A stretch of 64,000 nucleotides of DNA from a virus (taxonomy: Duplodnaviria; Caudoviricetes). Location of the stretch: IMG/VR virus record IMGVR_UViG_3300021963_000022, one strand, 5' to 3'. The notes below the pieces were generated by a model. That model saw only the letters and a program-made list of their open reading frames with translations. It did no database searches and was not told the origin of the DNA. The position numbers and the translations under genes are program-made. Each line of letters opens with the position of its first letter. Position 1 is the stretch's first letter. Of the stretch, positions 8,366-17,690 are shown in pieces.

Positions 8366-9848
8366 ACACGAATGGCATCAACATGATCGTCAATATGCTA
8401 TTGAAATTGATGAAGCACTATTAAGTGAAATCTATCCTGACAAGGAAGAAGATGAGATTAAAGTAATACTAGATGGTATTAGTGATGGTACATATGATTA
8501 TGAAGATGTTATTAATGATGCCTACGAGAATGATGTAGAGATTGAATGGGAGTTTCAATATGATGATTGTTGGACTGACCGTAAAGGTGGATACGATGTT
8601 ACCTACGAACTAGGTGATGAGTCTAGTTGGGTAATTGAGCCTGAACCGGCGCCACACACTCACAAATGCACTAAGTGTAAGTGGACTGGTTACAGTTATG
8701 ATGCTGACTGGGAATGGCCAGAAGATGATGAGACAGGAAAACTAGAAGCTAAGAAAGTATGCCCATACTGTGAGAGCGATACCTCTTTAACAGAAGCCGG
8801 TGTTGCAGACGAAGTAGCACGTAAAGAACGTGAAGCACGTTGGTCTAAGGAAGCGGCAGAGGAAGAAATTCCTTGTTTTAGTTGCGGTGCTATGCACAAA
8901 GAAAGTGAACTACCTGAAATCAAAGAGAGTGGTTACTATTGTCCTGATTGCAATGAAAGTTGGATTATGATGGAAGATCGGCCGACAGATGAAGAACCAG
9001 TTGATGAAGCTGATTTAGAAGCTGACTTGGAAGAGTTAAAACGAGAATTTGAACAACTAACAGTAGATAATCCTCCTGCTAAATGGCCATTTGAAAATTC
9101 TACATTGGAAGAAGATGAAAAAGATAGTAATCCTCCTGCACACTGGCCCACACCAAATAGTGATTTTGTAGAGACTGCTAAGTGGCCCTTTGAAAACGAC
9201 ACAGAAGATAACGACTCATTAAAAGAAAGTTATCCTGAAGATAGTTACACTATTCGTATCTGGGGTCGCACACGTGAGATTGGCGTACACAAGATTAAGA
9301 AACAACAATATGATTATTGGAGTGATGAGGATCACGAAGATGATTTAAGTGATGCTCTTAATGAGAGCTACGATTACGATGAAAATAATACTCCTAAAGC
9401 GGCACGATTTGATAGTCCTTACTATGAGTATCAGGACAAGATTTCATTCTGGGGCTTTGACCAAGATGATACTCACATGACTATTGAGAATAGTGAGGGT
9501 GAGATAATCTACGAAGGTGATTTGGAATCATTTGTTAGTGAAGCAAATGATGAAGATAGTTATTATGATGCTGTAGAAGAACAAGAAGAACTATATCCAC
9601 ATTACTTAGGTAAAGGTTATTGGTTGTATTGGACTCAAGGTGGTAAAGGCAGTTGTATTCAAACAACTATTGAGGGTGTGTTTGAGCCTAAGAAACTTAA
9701 AGTGTTGAACTGGGATGTTGAAGGTACTAGTGTTGTTACACGGTTAGTTTATAATGGTGTAGAACTTAATGACGAGGGTATGGATAGTGAACATGATAAC
9801 TGGCGTGGCCAGTGGAGTACATTTAGTGTACACCACAACACAAAATAA
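8349..9848 (+). CDS. Acidic protein with two zinc ribbons and WP(F) repeats
   Basis: AAGGAGG RBS; CTKC/CPYC and CFSC/CPDC pairs; PPAKWPFEN repeats. Confidence 0.8.
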   Translation: MVTIVKHEWHQHDRQYAIEIDEALLSEIYPDKEEDEIKVILDGISDGTYDYEDVINDAYENDVEIEWEFQYDDCWTDRKGGYDVTYELGDESSWVIEPEPAPHTHKCTKCKWTGYSYDADWEWPEDDETGKLEAKKVCPYCESDTSLTEAGVADEVARKEREARWSKEAAEEEIPCFSCGAMHKESELPEIKESGYYCPDCNESWIMMEDRPTDEEPVDEADLEADLEELKREFEQLTVDNPPAKWPFENSTLEEDEKDSNPPAHWPTPNSDFVETAKWPFENDTEDNDSLKESYPEDSYTIRIWGRTREIGVHKIKKQQYDYWSDEDHEDDLSDALNESYDYDENNTPKAARFDSPYYEYQDKISFWGFDQDDTHMTIENSEGEIIYEGDLESFVSEANDEDSYYDAVEEQEELYPHYLGKGYWLYWTQGGKGSCIQTTIEGVFEPKKLKVLNWDVEGTSVVTRLVYNGVELNDEGMDSEHDNWRGQWSTFSVHHNTK

Positions 9849-9850
9849 TT

Positions 9851-10075
9851 ATGACACATGATTTAGTAGGTAAGAAGTATACGTTTGATGATGGTAATGT
9901 CATTGAAGTAATTCAAGTCAAAGAACGTAATATCAATGAAGACGGTGCTGTGTTATATGTTACATATTACATATATCAAGGTAGAAGCCTTCCTAGAAAA
10001 CTAGTAATGCATATGCCCGAGTTTGTTAACACATACGGGCACTTGTTTGGTTATCCCAATGAATACAATCAGTAG
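9851..10075 (+). CDS. Hypothetical protein
   Basis: Operon position. Confidence 0.7.
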   Translation: MTHDLVGKKYTFDDGNVIEVIQVKERNINEDGAVLYVTYYIYQGRSLPRKLVMHMPEFVNTYGHLFGYPNEYNQ

Positions 10076-10087
10076 ACATATTTTAGA

Positions 10088-10093
10088 TAAATA
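10088..10093 (+). promoter_or_regulatory. Late-type promoter TAAATA (representative)
   Basis: TAAATA 5 nt before ATG 10099; recurs at 15041, 43801, 55548 (+) and 51557, 54699, 55498, 62713, 63896 (-). Confidence 0.65.
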
Positions 10094-10098
10094 CTAGG

Positions 10099-11589
10099 AT
10101 GTATAAAAAATATTTGTCCCTATCTTCCCTAACACTGTTAGTAGCACTAGCATTAAGTACAGTAGCAGCCTACTATAGTATTATTGGTTTAACTGCTATC
10201 TTTGCTGGTGCGGTTATTCCTGTTATTATAATGGGAGGTATACTAGAAATAGGCAAGATTACTACTACGGTATGGTTACGAAAATATTGGAATCGTTGTG
10301 GCTTCCTACTTAAACTCTATCTTGTACCTGCTGTTATTGCATTAGCATTACTTACTAGCATGGGTATATTTGGCTTCCTAAGTAAAGCACATATGGATCA
10401 AGGAATTACAACAGGGGATATACAAGCCAAAATTGCAATCTACGATGAGAAGATTAAAGTATCACAGGACACTATAGATGTTAATCGCAAAGCACTTAAA
10501 CAACTTGATGAGGCAGTGGACCAAGTTATGGGCCGCTCGACTTCAGAAGCGGGTGCAGATAAAGCCGTTGCTATACGCAAAACTCAAGCAAAGGAAAGGA
10601 CTAGACTCCTTACGGAAATTGCGTCCGAACAGAAAACAATTACTAGAATACGAGAAGAACGAGCGCCCATTGCGGCTGAAGTACGCAAGGTCGAAGCGGA
10701 AGTTGGCCCTATCAAATACATTGCCGCATTGATTTACGGAGACAATGCCGACAATAATATGTTAGAGTCGGCCGTACGTTGGGTTATTATTTTACTTGTA
10801 ATTGTATTTGACCCACTTGCTATCGCTTTAGTATTAGCTGCCAATGCAAGTAGAGAATGGGATAAAGAGGAGGGTGACAGCCCTCTAGGGACCGAAACAC
10901 CAACGACTCCCACTGTCACTGAACCAGCATATGAGCCTGATGATGGGCCTTTAACAGAAGAACAAATTGAAGAAATACAAGATTCTGCGGAACCACCTAT
11001 AGGCGAGGTAGTAACTAAAGACGAATTGTTTCCTGAAGAATCTGTCTTAGACAAACATCCTTACCTAGCCAAACCGTTTGTTCATTTTGAAAATCTAGAA
11101 CCTATTGTAGGAAAAAAAGAACCTGAACCAAAGAAATTTGACATAGATAATATAACAGTTGATTCTACTGAGATAATTGTTGCTACTATAAAAGAACCTG
11201 ATATTGTGACAACTGAATATTCAGTTACAGGAGATTACATCGAAGTTGAAGGTAAACAGATGCACAAAAGGATAGCAGGAGACTTATATCCCGACATGTT
11301 AAAAATTGTAGTAGATGGTGAGAATTCAATTAGTGTTAATTTTGGTACTGCATTCCCTAAATATGCAAAGCGAGGTGACCTGTTTACCCGTGTAGATTCA
11401 TTACCAAATCGTGTATACAAATTTGACGGATCACGTTGGTTAGAAGTTAACAAAGAAAATAGCATATCATATCTGACACAAACTAAGTATGTTGAATATC
11501 TTATCAACAAAATTGCAACAGGTGAATATGATCCTGAGTTATTAACTGACGCAGAAAATCAAGCCATCACAGAATTCATAAAAAAATAA
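10099..11589 (+). CDS. Membrane protein with coiled coil and acidic tail
   Basis: N-terminal TM helices, heptad coiled coil, further TM, acidic Pro-rich C-half. Confidence 0.8.
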   Translation: MYKKYLSLSSLTLLVALALSTVAAYYSIIGLTAIFAGAVIPVIIMGGILEIGKITTTVWLRKYWNRCGFLLKLYLVPAVIALALLTSMGIFGFLSKAHMDQGITTGDIQAKIAIYDEKIKVSQDTIDVNRKALKQLDEAVDQVMGRSTSEAGADKAVAIRKTQAKERTRLLTEIASEQKTITRIREERAPIAAEVRKVEAEVGPIKYIAALIYGDNADNNMLESAVRWVIILLVIVFDPLAIALVLAANASREWDKEEGDSPLGTETPTTPTVTEPAYEPDDGPLTEEQIEEIQDSAEPPIGEVVTKDELFPEESVLDKHPYLAKPFVHFENLEPIVGKKEPEPKKFDIDNITVDSTEIIVATIKEPDIVTTEYSVTGDYIEVEGKQMHKRIAGDLYPDMLKIVVDGENSISVNFGTAFPKYAKRGDLFTRVDSLPNRVYKFDGSRWLEVNKENSISYLTQTKYVEYLINKIATGEYDPELLTDAENQAITEFIKK

Positions 11590-11632
11590 CACATGATATA
11601 CTTTGATAAGTATTTCATATCTACCTTAAATA

Positions 11633-12832
11633 ATGACAGAAGAAACCAAATTAAAACATTGTAGCTTTTGCGGCAACAGTAAAGAAGCAGTTAAAAAATT
11701 AGTTGTAGGTGAGAATGTAGCTATATGTAGTGATTGTGTAGAGCTATGTCAAGACCTTATTGCTGATGAAGTAGGCGACACCAAAGAAGAATTACAACCC
11801 GAATATGATGCTGAAACTATTAAAAAGTTTTTAGATGAGCATGTTATTGGGCAAGATTCAGCTAAGATGGTTATGAGTGTTGCTATTGCAAATCACTATA
11901 AACGTATTACTAATCCTCCAAAGAACTTAGAGATTCAAAAGGGAAATGTTCTTATAGTAGGACCTACGGGTTCAGGTAAAACATTATTAGCTAAAACAGC
12001 TGCCAAGTATCTAAACGTCCCTTTCATAGTAGCTGACGCAACTAGCTTAACAGAAGCAGGTTATGTCGGTGATGATGTAGAATCAATGATTAGTATGCTA
12101 TTGAATGCCGCCGGTGGTGACAAAGACTTAGCAGAACGTGGAATCGTATTTGTTGATGAAATTGACAAGATTGCACGTAAGGGTGAAAGTACTAGTATTA
12201 CCCGTGACGTATCCGGAGAGGGAGTTCAACAAGCATTACTAAAGTTAGTTGAAGGTACTGTATGTCGTATTCCTAATAGTGGTGGAAGAAAACATCCTGG
12301 ATCTGATATGTCTGAGATTAATACTAAAAATATCTTATTCATTGCAGGTGGTGCGTTTGTTGGATTAAAAGAACTTATCACCAATCGTGTTAATGGTACA
12401 AGCATTGGATTTAATGCTAGTGTTAAAGACACTAGAATTGAAGGTGACATGCGTGATGTTCGCCCGGATGATTTAACTAAATTTGGTATGATTCCTGAAT
12501 TTATTGGACGTTTTACTACTACTGTCAGCATTGACAATCTTAATAAAGAACAATTAATAAGGGTCTTAACTGACGTTAAGAACAATTACATTAGCCAATA
12601 TAAATATCTATTTGAGTTAGATAATATTACACTAGAATTTACTGACAATGCGTTGGATCAAATTGCAGAAAACACTATCTCTCTTAAAACAGGGGCACGT
12701 GGACTTCATACTGAGATTGAAAGAGTATTGATGCCACATATGTTTAAAGTAAGAACGTATGCTAAAAACGGGATTAAAACACTAAATATAGATAGAGTTG
12801 ATGTAATTACACCAAAACCATTGTATGAGTAA
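11633..12832 (+). CDS. clpX: ATP-dependent Clp protease ATPase ClpX
   Basis: C4 zinc finger CSFC...CSDC, GPTGSGKT, DEIDK, RDVSGEGVQQALLK, IGF loop, GARGL. Confidence 0.97.
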   Translation: MTEETKLKHCSFCGNSKEAVKKLVVGENVAICSDCVELCQDLIADEVGDTKEELQPEYDAETIKKFLDEHVIGQDSAKMVMSVAIANHYKRITNPPKNLEIQKGNVLIVGPTGSGKTLLAKTAAKYLNVPFIVADATSLTEAGYVGDDVESMISMLLNAAGGDKDLAERGIVFVDEIDKIARKGESTSITRDVSGEGVQQALLKLVEGTVCRIPNSGGRKHPGSDMSEINTKNILFIAGGAFVGLKELITNRVNGTSIGFNASVKDTRIEGDMRDVRPDDLTKFGMIPEFIGRFTTTVSIDNLNKEQLIRVLTDVKNNYISQYKYLFELDNITLEFTDNALDQIAENTISLKTGARGLHTEIERVLMPHMFKVRTYAKNGIKTLNIDRVDVITPKPLYE

Positions 12833-13046
12833 AAAAGGCAGACGAATTTTTGTTACAGACGGAAATGTAGATAAAGCTCTACGCAAGTTTAAGAAAAAGA
12901 TAACCGAATTAGGTTTACTTCAAGAAGTCCGTGACCGCCAAGAATTTGTCAAACCTACTGTCAAACGTAAAATAGCAAAAAGCCAAGCTGTTCGCAGGTG
13001 GAAAAAGCACTTGCGTGACCAATCATTACCACCAAAACAGTTTTAA
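12825..13046 (+). CDS. rpsU: 30S ribosomal protein S21
   Basis: NVDKALRKFKKK...EVRDRQEFVKPTVKRK. Confidence 0.9.
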   Translation: MSKKGRRIFVTDGNVDKALRKFKKKITELGLLQEVRDRQEFVKPTVKRKIAKSQAVRRWKKHLRDQSLPPKQF

Positions 13047-13095
13047 CCTAAATACTATATTTTTTTACGTATTTGTGTTATAATAAATACATATT

Positions 13096-13153
13096 GTAGA
13101 TGCCGATGGTCGGGTCTACACATAGTCATCTTGCTTAATAGGAGAAAAACATG
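13096..13153 (+). promoter_or_regulatory. ROSE-like RNA thermometer in sHSP 5' UTR
   Basis: GTAGA/TCTAC hairpin, then TCTTGCT-TAAT-AGGAGA hairpin pairing the SD with a bulged G. Confidence 0.75.
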
Positions 13154-13588
13154 ACAAAAACTTTAACCCTTCGTTCCCTCGACATTCCGTCAATTCACAA
13201 ATTTGGTATCGGTTTCGATAATATGTTTGATGAACTAATGCGAATTAACAATCAACAATCACTTAACTATCCCCCATACAACATTATAAAAACATCAGAA
13301 GATACCTTTTATATTGAAGTAGCAGTGGCTGGTTTCGGTGAAGGTGAAGTTGAAATTAACATTGACAATCAAGTGTTAGTTATCAAAGGTAAAAAAGAAG
13401 CAGAAATTATTGCTGAATATTTACATCAAGGGATCAGTAACAGGGACTTCATGCGTGAATTTACTTTAGCAGAACATGTTGAAGTAGTTAATGCTGTCAA
13501 TATGAATGGTATTCTTACTATCTATTTGGAGCGCAAACTCCCTGAAGAAAAGAAACCCAAGTCTATTGCAATTTCTTACACTAAATAA
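13151..13588 (+). CDS. ibpA: Small heat shock protein (IbpA/Hsp20)
   Basis: IGFDNMF, NYPPYNI, AVAGF, YLHQGIS.RDF.REFTL, NGIL. Confidence 0.95.
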   Translation: MTKTLTLRSLDIPSIHKFGIGFDNMFDELMRINNQQSLNYPPYNIIKTSEDTFYIEVAVAGFGEGEVEINIDNQVLVIKGKKEAEIIAEYLHQGISNRDFMREFTLAEHVEVVNAVNMNGILTIYLERKLPEEKKPKSIAISYTK

Positions 13589-13612
13589 TATAATAGTGTT
13601 TCGTTAAATAAA

Positions 13613-13636
13613 AGTGTGCGAGGAAACTTGCACACT
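13613..13636 (+). other. GNRA-capped intergenic hairpin
   Basis: AGTGTGCGAG-GAAA-CTTGCACACT; no U-tract. Confidence 0.5.
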
Positions 13637-13653
13637 ACTTCAAGGTATAAATC

Positions 13654-13959
13654 ATGGCACAGACCGAATCAAAAATTAAAATTAAACCTAATCTTAAATT
13701 ACCAGAACCATCTATGTTCAAGGTAATTTATATGAATGATGAACATACTAGTATGGATTTCGTAGTGCGTAGTTTAGTAGATCATTTCGGTCACAATACT
13801 GATACTGCCGCACATATTACTACAGGTATACATGAGCAGGGCAGTGCTGTCGTAGCAGTTCTACCGTATGAAATTGCAGAACAAAAGGGTATTGAGGTAA
13901 CACTTGATGCACGTAACGAGGGATTTCCGTTACAAGTAAAGATTGAGCCAGAAGTTTAA
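13654..13959 (+). CDS. clpS: Clp protease adaptor ClpS
   Basis: FKVIYMNDEHTSMDFVV...IHEQGSAVV...FPLQVKIEP. Confidence 0.92.
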   Translation: MAQTESKIKIKPNLKLPEPSMFKVIYMNDEHTSMDFVVRSLVDHFGHNTDTAAHITTGIHEQGSAVVAVLPYEIAEQKGIEVTLDARNEGFPLQVKIEPEV

Positions 13960-14651
13960 ACTTCTATTTCTATTCGTTTTGGCCAATATGGATTTTTGTT
14001 AAAACAAGCGTTATTAACATAGTTGATACCGTTAATATTGGTATCAACCATTTTGTTTGAGTTACCATATATCCAAGTAACTATCTTGTTTTCTGTATCA
14101 TTAATTAGAGCAGAGTTCAATCCAACGTAATCAGGTAAATTAGGTTCTTCCCCGTAGAATAAGTCAGCACAGGGAACACAACTAGACACAATTACAATCT
14201 TTTTTACATCCACGTGTAATTGCAATTTTTCTATAGTTGTGTGTAGATAGTCTTGATCACCGTGTGAGTGATACCCAAGACGTATTTCATCGTCGGGATC
14301 TATCGGGGTATAGTTGCCATACCAACCGTTAACTGCAACTAATGCTATACCATCTACGATAACAACATTGTTATGAAGATATACAACATTTTTTATTTTA
14401 CTGGCTATCTTAGCTATTTGGTCTATCCTAGATGCTTGTAACATTAATGACCCTATCTCCATAGAACCGTCAATGAAGAATACTCCATGATACTGGGCAC
14501 TTAAATGTTCTAAAGTTTCTTCTAAAACTTTAAAATCATCGGTTATATTGCCTGCTACAATACAAAATAAACTAGTTGGTTTTCCTTCCCAATCTAGTTT
14601 ATATTTGTAAGATAGTTCTAGGTCGCTAATTATATCGAAACCTACCACCAT
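13956..14651 (-). CDS. Metallophosphoesterase-fold protein with degenerate active site
   Basis: SDLE/AGN/GSME/SSCVP/YGNSN align to SDLH/GD/GNHE/HHxP/GHxH. Confidence 0.6.
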   Translation of the reverse strand: MVVGFDIISDLELSYKYKLDWEGKPTSLFCIVAGNITDDFKVLEETLEHLSAQYHGVFFIDGSMEIGSLMLQASRIDQIAKIASKIKNVVYLHNNVVIVDGIALVAVNGWYGNYTPIDPDDEIRLGYHSHGDQDYLHTTIEKLQLHVDVKKIVIVSSCVPCADLFYGEEPNLPDYVGLNSALINDTENKIVTWIYGNSNKMVDTNINGINYVNNACFNKNPYWPKRIEIEV

Positions 14652-14659
14652 GCAGTTTA

Positions 14660-14980
14660 TTACTGGGTAGCTTTTGGTGCTTTGGGTTTTGCTGGGGCTT
14701 TTTTAGCAACAGCTGGGGCTTTTGGCTTTGCTGGGGCTTTTGGCTTTGCTGGGGCTTTTGGCTTTTTAGATATCGGTGCTTGCTCAACTACCCCTGCAGG
14801 TACTACAGCTTCTGGAACAACTACAACGGTTTCAACAGCTGGTGCAGAATTGACAACCAAAGGAATTGGTGTAGTAGCTGCCGGCTCCGGTACTTTGTAC
14901 GGGGCTGACACGTTTGCCTCAGTTGTTTCTACAGGTTTGGCTTCAGGAACACCAAATAATTTTTTCAAAAAGTTTAACAT
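14660..14980 (-). CDS. Ala/Pro/Lys-rich protein with histone H1-like tail
   Basis: AAGGAG RBS before ATG 14980; KAPAKP repeats. Confidence 0.7.
   Translation of the reverse strand: MLNFLKKLFGVPEAKPVETTEANVSAPYKVPEPAATTPIPLVVNSAPAVETVVVVPEAVVPAGVVEQAPISKKPKAPAKPKAPAKPKAPAVAKKAPAKPKAPKATQ
14712..14765. repeat. 18 bp tandem repeat x3
   Basis: GCTGGGGCTTTTGGCTTT, three perfect copies. Confidence 0.9.
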
Positions 14981-15054
14981 AATTTTCTCCTTATACATCT
15001 ATTTACTCTAGGAAAACCATAAAGATAAAATTTATAATCATAAATACAAGTACT

Positions 15055-15546
15055 ATGTTTCACGGATCACCTACTCTAAAAGAACTAATGGCTTTGCCAT
15101 TACCCACTATGCGTGAGCAAAAACGTCTAATGTTTAGGCCCTCACAATGGCAAGTTTCACACGTTTATACACTGATAAACGATAATGTTTTTCATAATAT
15201 GTTAAAAAAACCGGAACTCATACTAAAATCAAGATGTAGAAAATATTGGGGAATGTGTATAGGATCACATGACAAGTTAAAAAACGGTAGTTATTGTAAG
15301 ATTGAACTTATGGACAAGTGGATTAGTCCACAATGGATGATAGCTACATTGGCACATGAAATGGTTCATCAATATCAATGGGATATAGCAGGGCCTGAAC
15401 GTGAGGCAGAGGGATTAAATGCTATTATGAGTCATGGTCCAAGTTTCTTTCAGTTTCGTGATTTATTAAAAGAACACAATATCCCATTAAAAACGGCGCA
15501 TTCTCAGCGCCGTTGGTATAAGCATCAAAGCTTGTTCAAATGCTAA
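15055..15546 (+). CDS. SprT-like metallopeptidase
   Basis: TLAHEMVH plus downstream HG..F. Confidence 0.8.
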   Translation: MFHGSPTLKELMALPLPTMREQKRLMFRPSQWQVSHVYTLINDNVFHNMLKKPELILKSRCRKYWGMCIGSHDKLKNGSYCKIELMDKWISPQWMIATLAHEMVHQYQWDIAGPEREAEGLNAIMSHGPSFFQFRDLLKEHNIPLKTAHSQRRWYKHQSLFKC

Positions 15547-16626
15547 TTACTTTTTGATATTAGGATTGTCTACTACATTCCCGTTAACATCAACAAGAAT
15601 AACATCTTTAGTACCCTTCTTACCGATAGCACGATTCAATACAGATGCCATTGGTCTGATACCTCGAATACCCAAAGCCTTACTTAAACGACCTTTGTTA
15701 TTACGTAATAACCAAACCATCATGTGACTTGTAGGGATATCTTCTTTACGAGTAATAACAGCATGACATTCAATACTAATGTTGTTCTCCACCTGATGAT
15801 AATGTTTAGGCTCAAAGTCTTGGATAACAATGCCACCATGAGGATTAATGTCACTACCAAAAATAGCACTCATTGCTTCTTCTTCAGTAGGTTCAATAAC
15901 AATCTCTTTACTTAGGAAATAACTTTTACCGTCAGGTTGTAATATAAGTTTAACTACTTTATCTTTTACTAATTTATCAATTATTTCACGTGCTTTGGCC
16001 CCAAACAATGAATCAGCAGATTCCCATGTTTCAGCACTTAGTTCTTTGATAGATACAGGTAATCTGCTCTTAGAGCTAGCTAATACAATATCTGCTTTCT
16101 TACGTTCAGCAACGTCAGAACCAGTTGGATATACTTGGTCAACGTTCTTAATTGTCATTGTTTTTCCACGTGGGTCTTTAAAAGTAACATTGATTAGTCC
16201 ATACTTCTCAACCATACTTGCTAAGTATGAAGCAATTTCAGCTTCATTGCCTACACCAGCACTCTTTTCACCCTGTTGACCTGCATCTTTAATAATAACT
16301 TGTACAGGGCTACCGTCACCAAAAACGACACCACCTAAGCTACTCTTGGCCGCTGCCGAATACTCTGGACCTGCATCTGGTAAATACTTTTTCAATATAG
16401 CCAAAACATCTTGTAGCAACGATGACCTAAACTCACCCTTTTTAGCACCGTCTGGTATCTGTGTAACTACGCCGATTACATTACCATTAGGTTTTAAGTC
16501 TTCATACCCTGCTTGACGTAATACTTGTTCAACCTGTGCCTTTGTAACGGGCGATGGTTCTTGCGAGTTCACTACTGTCGGGGCTTTTGCTTCAACCAAA
16601 GTGTTTGCAAATTCAATGTATCTCAT
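15547..16626 (-). CDS. Hypothetical protein, possible PD-(D/E)xK nuclease fold
   Basis: E...KADIVL...VSIK motif; N-terminus MRYIEF; TAAATA upstream. Confidence 0.45.
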   Translation of the reverse strand: MRYIEFANTLVEAKAPTVVNSQEPSPVTKAQVEQVLRQAGYEDLKPNGNVIGVVTQIPDGAKKGEFRSSLLQDVLAILKKYLPDAGPEYSAAAKSSLGGVVFGDGSPVQVIIKDAGQQGEKSAGVGNEAEIASYLASMVEKYGLINVTFKDPRGKTMTIKNVDQVYPTGSDVAERKKADIVLASSKSRLPVSIKELSAETWESADSLFGAKAREIIDKLVKDKVVKLILQPDGKSYFLSKEIVIEPTEEEAMSAIFGSDINPHGGIVIQDFEPKHYHQVENNISIECHAVITRKEDIPTSHMMVWLLRNNKGRLSKALGIRGIRPMASVLNRAIGKKGTKDVILVDVNGNVVDNPNIKK

Positions 16627-16708
16627 ATATAATATCTCAAATAGTTGATGAAGTGCTAATTATAGCACCGATTTAGTATTTATCGCAAATTTTTAATAAA
16701 GGAAAGAT

Positions 16709-17305
16709 ATGAGTTTAGTGCCTATCGTTGTTGAGACTACAAGTAAAGGTGAACGTAGTTACGACATTTATTCACGTTTGATGCGTGACCGTGTAATTTT
16801 GCTTGAAGGCGAAGTACATGACCAAATGGCAAATTTAATTGTTGCCCAACTATTGTTCTTAGAAAGTGAAGATAGTCATAAAGATATTTCAATGTATATC
16901 AATAGTCCAGGTGGTTCAGTTACTGCTGGTATGGCAATCTATGATTGTATGCAATTTGTTAGCCCTGATGTACAAACAATTGTTATGGGTCAAGCCTGTT
17001 CAATGGGTAGTTTGCTTGGTCAAGCAGGAGCTAAAGGTAAGCGTTTTATCCTGCCCAATGCACGACATATGATTCACCAGCCCTCAGGTGGCGCACGTGG
17101 TCAAGCTACTGATATGGAAATTCAGGTTAAAGAGATTTTAGCCATGAAAAAGACATTGACACAAATCTATGTAGACCATAATAGTGCAGGAAAATCGTTT
17201 GAGGAGCTTGCAAAAGACATGGAACGTGACTATTTTATGAGTGCAAGTGAGGCCGTAGCATATGGCCTAGCTGATAAAGTGTTGCAAAAACGCAACATGT
17301 CCTAA
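16709..17305 (+). CDS. clpP: Clp protease proteolytic subunit ClpP
   Basis: [27 protein letters not shown]. Confidence 0.97.
   Translation: MSLVPIVVETTSKGERSYDIYSRLMRDRVILLEGEVHDQMANLIVAQLLFLESEDSHKDISMYINSPGGSVTAGMAIYDCMQFVSPDVQTIVMGQACSMGSLLGQAGAKGKRFILPNARHMIHQPSGGARGQATDMEIQVKEILAMKKTLTQIYVDHNSAGKSFEELAKDMERDYFMSASEAVAYGLADKVLQKRNMS
17280..17297. promoter_or_regulatory. Palindromic operator-like site, second copy
   Basis: Identical to 1620-1637; lies in the clpP 3' end in a different reading frame. Confidence 0.55.
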
Positions 17306-17307
17306 AT

Positions 17308-17368
17308 TTGACAATAAATGGGTTTGGGTATACAATAGAATCTTAGACAGTTAAATAAAGGACAGTAA
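17308..17368 (+). promoter_or_regulatory. Early promoter/RBS repeat, copy 4
   Basis: TTGACA-17-TACAAT-AGAATCTTAGACAGTTAAATAAAGGA. Confidence 0.9.
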
Positions 17369-17635
17369 ATGACTAAGAAAATTTCTATCAAAGTATTTGG
17401 TGACCCAGGACACGCTTGGGCACGTTTCCCCAAAGCTAAGTTGGTTAGTCTTGGTATTGCCGACAAGATTACTCCCTACAGCTATCAAAATGGTACTAAT
17501 GCTTTCCTTGAGGAAGACTGTGACCTGTCAACATTGTTGGCGGCTCTTAAAGCCAAGGGTTATGAAATAAAATTCAACGAAAGCTTTACCAATAAACAAA
17601 GCAAAATCCGTGGTTATTGCTCATACAGAATTTGA
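17369..17635 (+). CDS. Hypothetical early protein
   Basis: DPGHAW...FLEEDCD; stop inside next TTGACA. Confidence 0.85.
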   Translation: MTKKISIKVFGDPGHAWARFPKAKLVSLGIADKITPYSYQNGTNAFLEEDCDLSTLLAALKAKGYEIKFNESFTNKQSKIRGYCSYRI

Positions 17636-17690
17636 CAATAAATGGTTTTGGGTCTATAATAGAGTCTTATTCAGTCAAAAGGAGTTAGCA
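17632..17690 (+). promoter_or_regulatory. Early promoter/RBS repeat, copy 5
   Basis: TTGACA-17-TATAAT-AGAGTCTTATTCAGTCAAAAGGAG. Confidence 0.9.
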
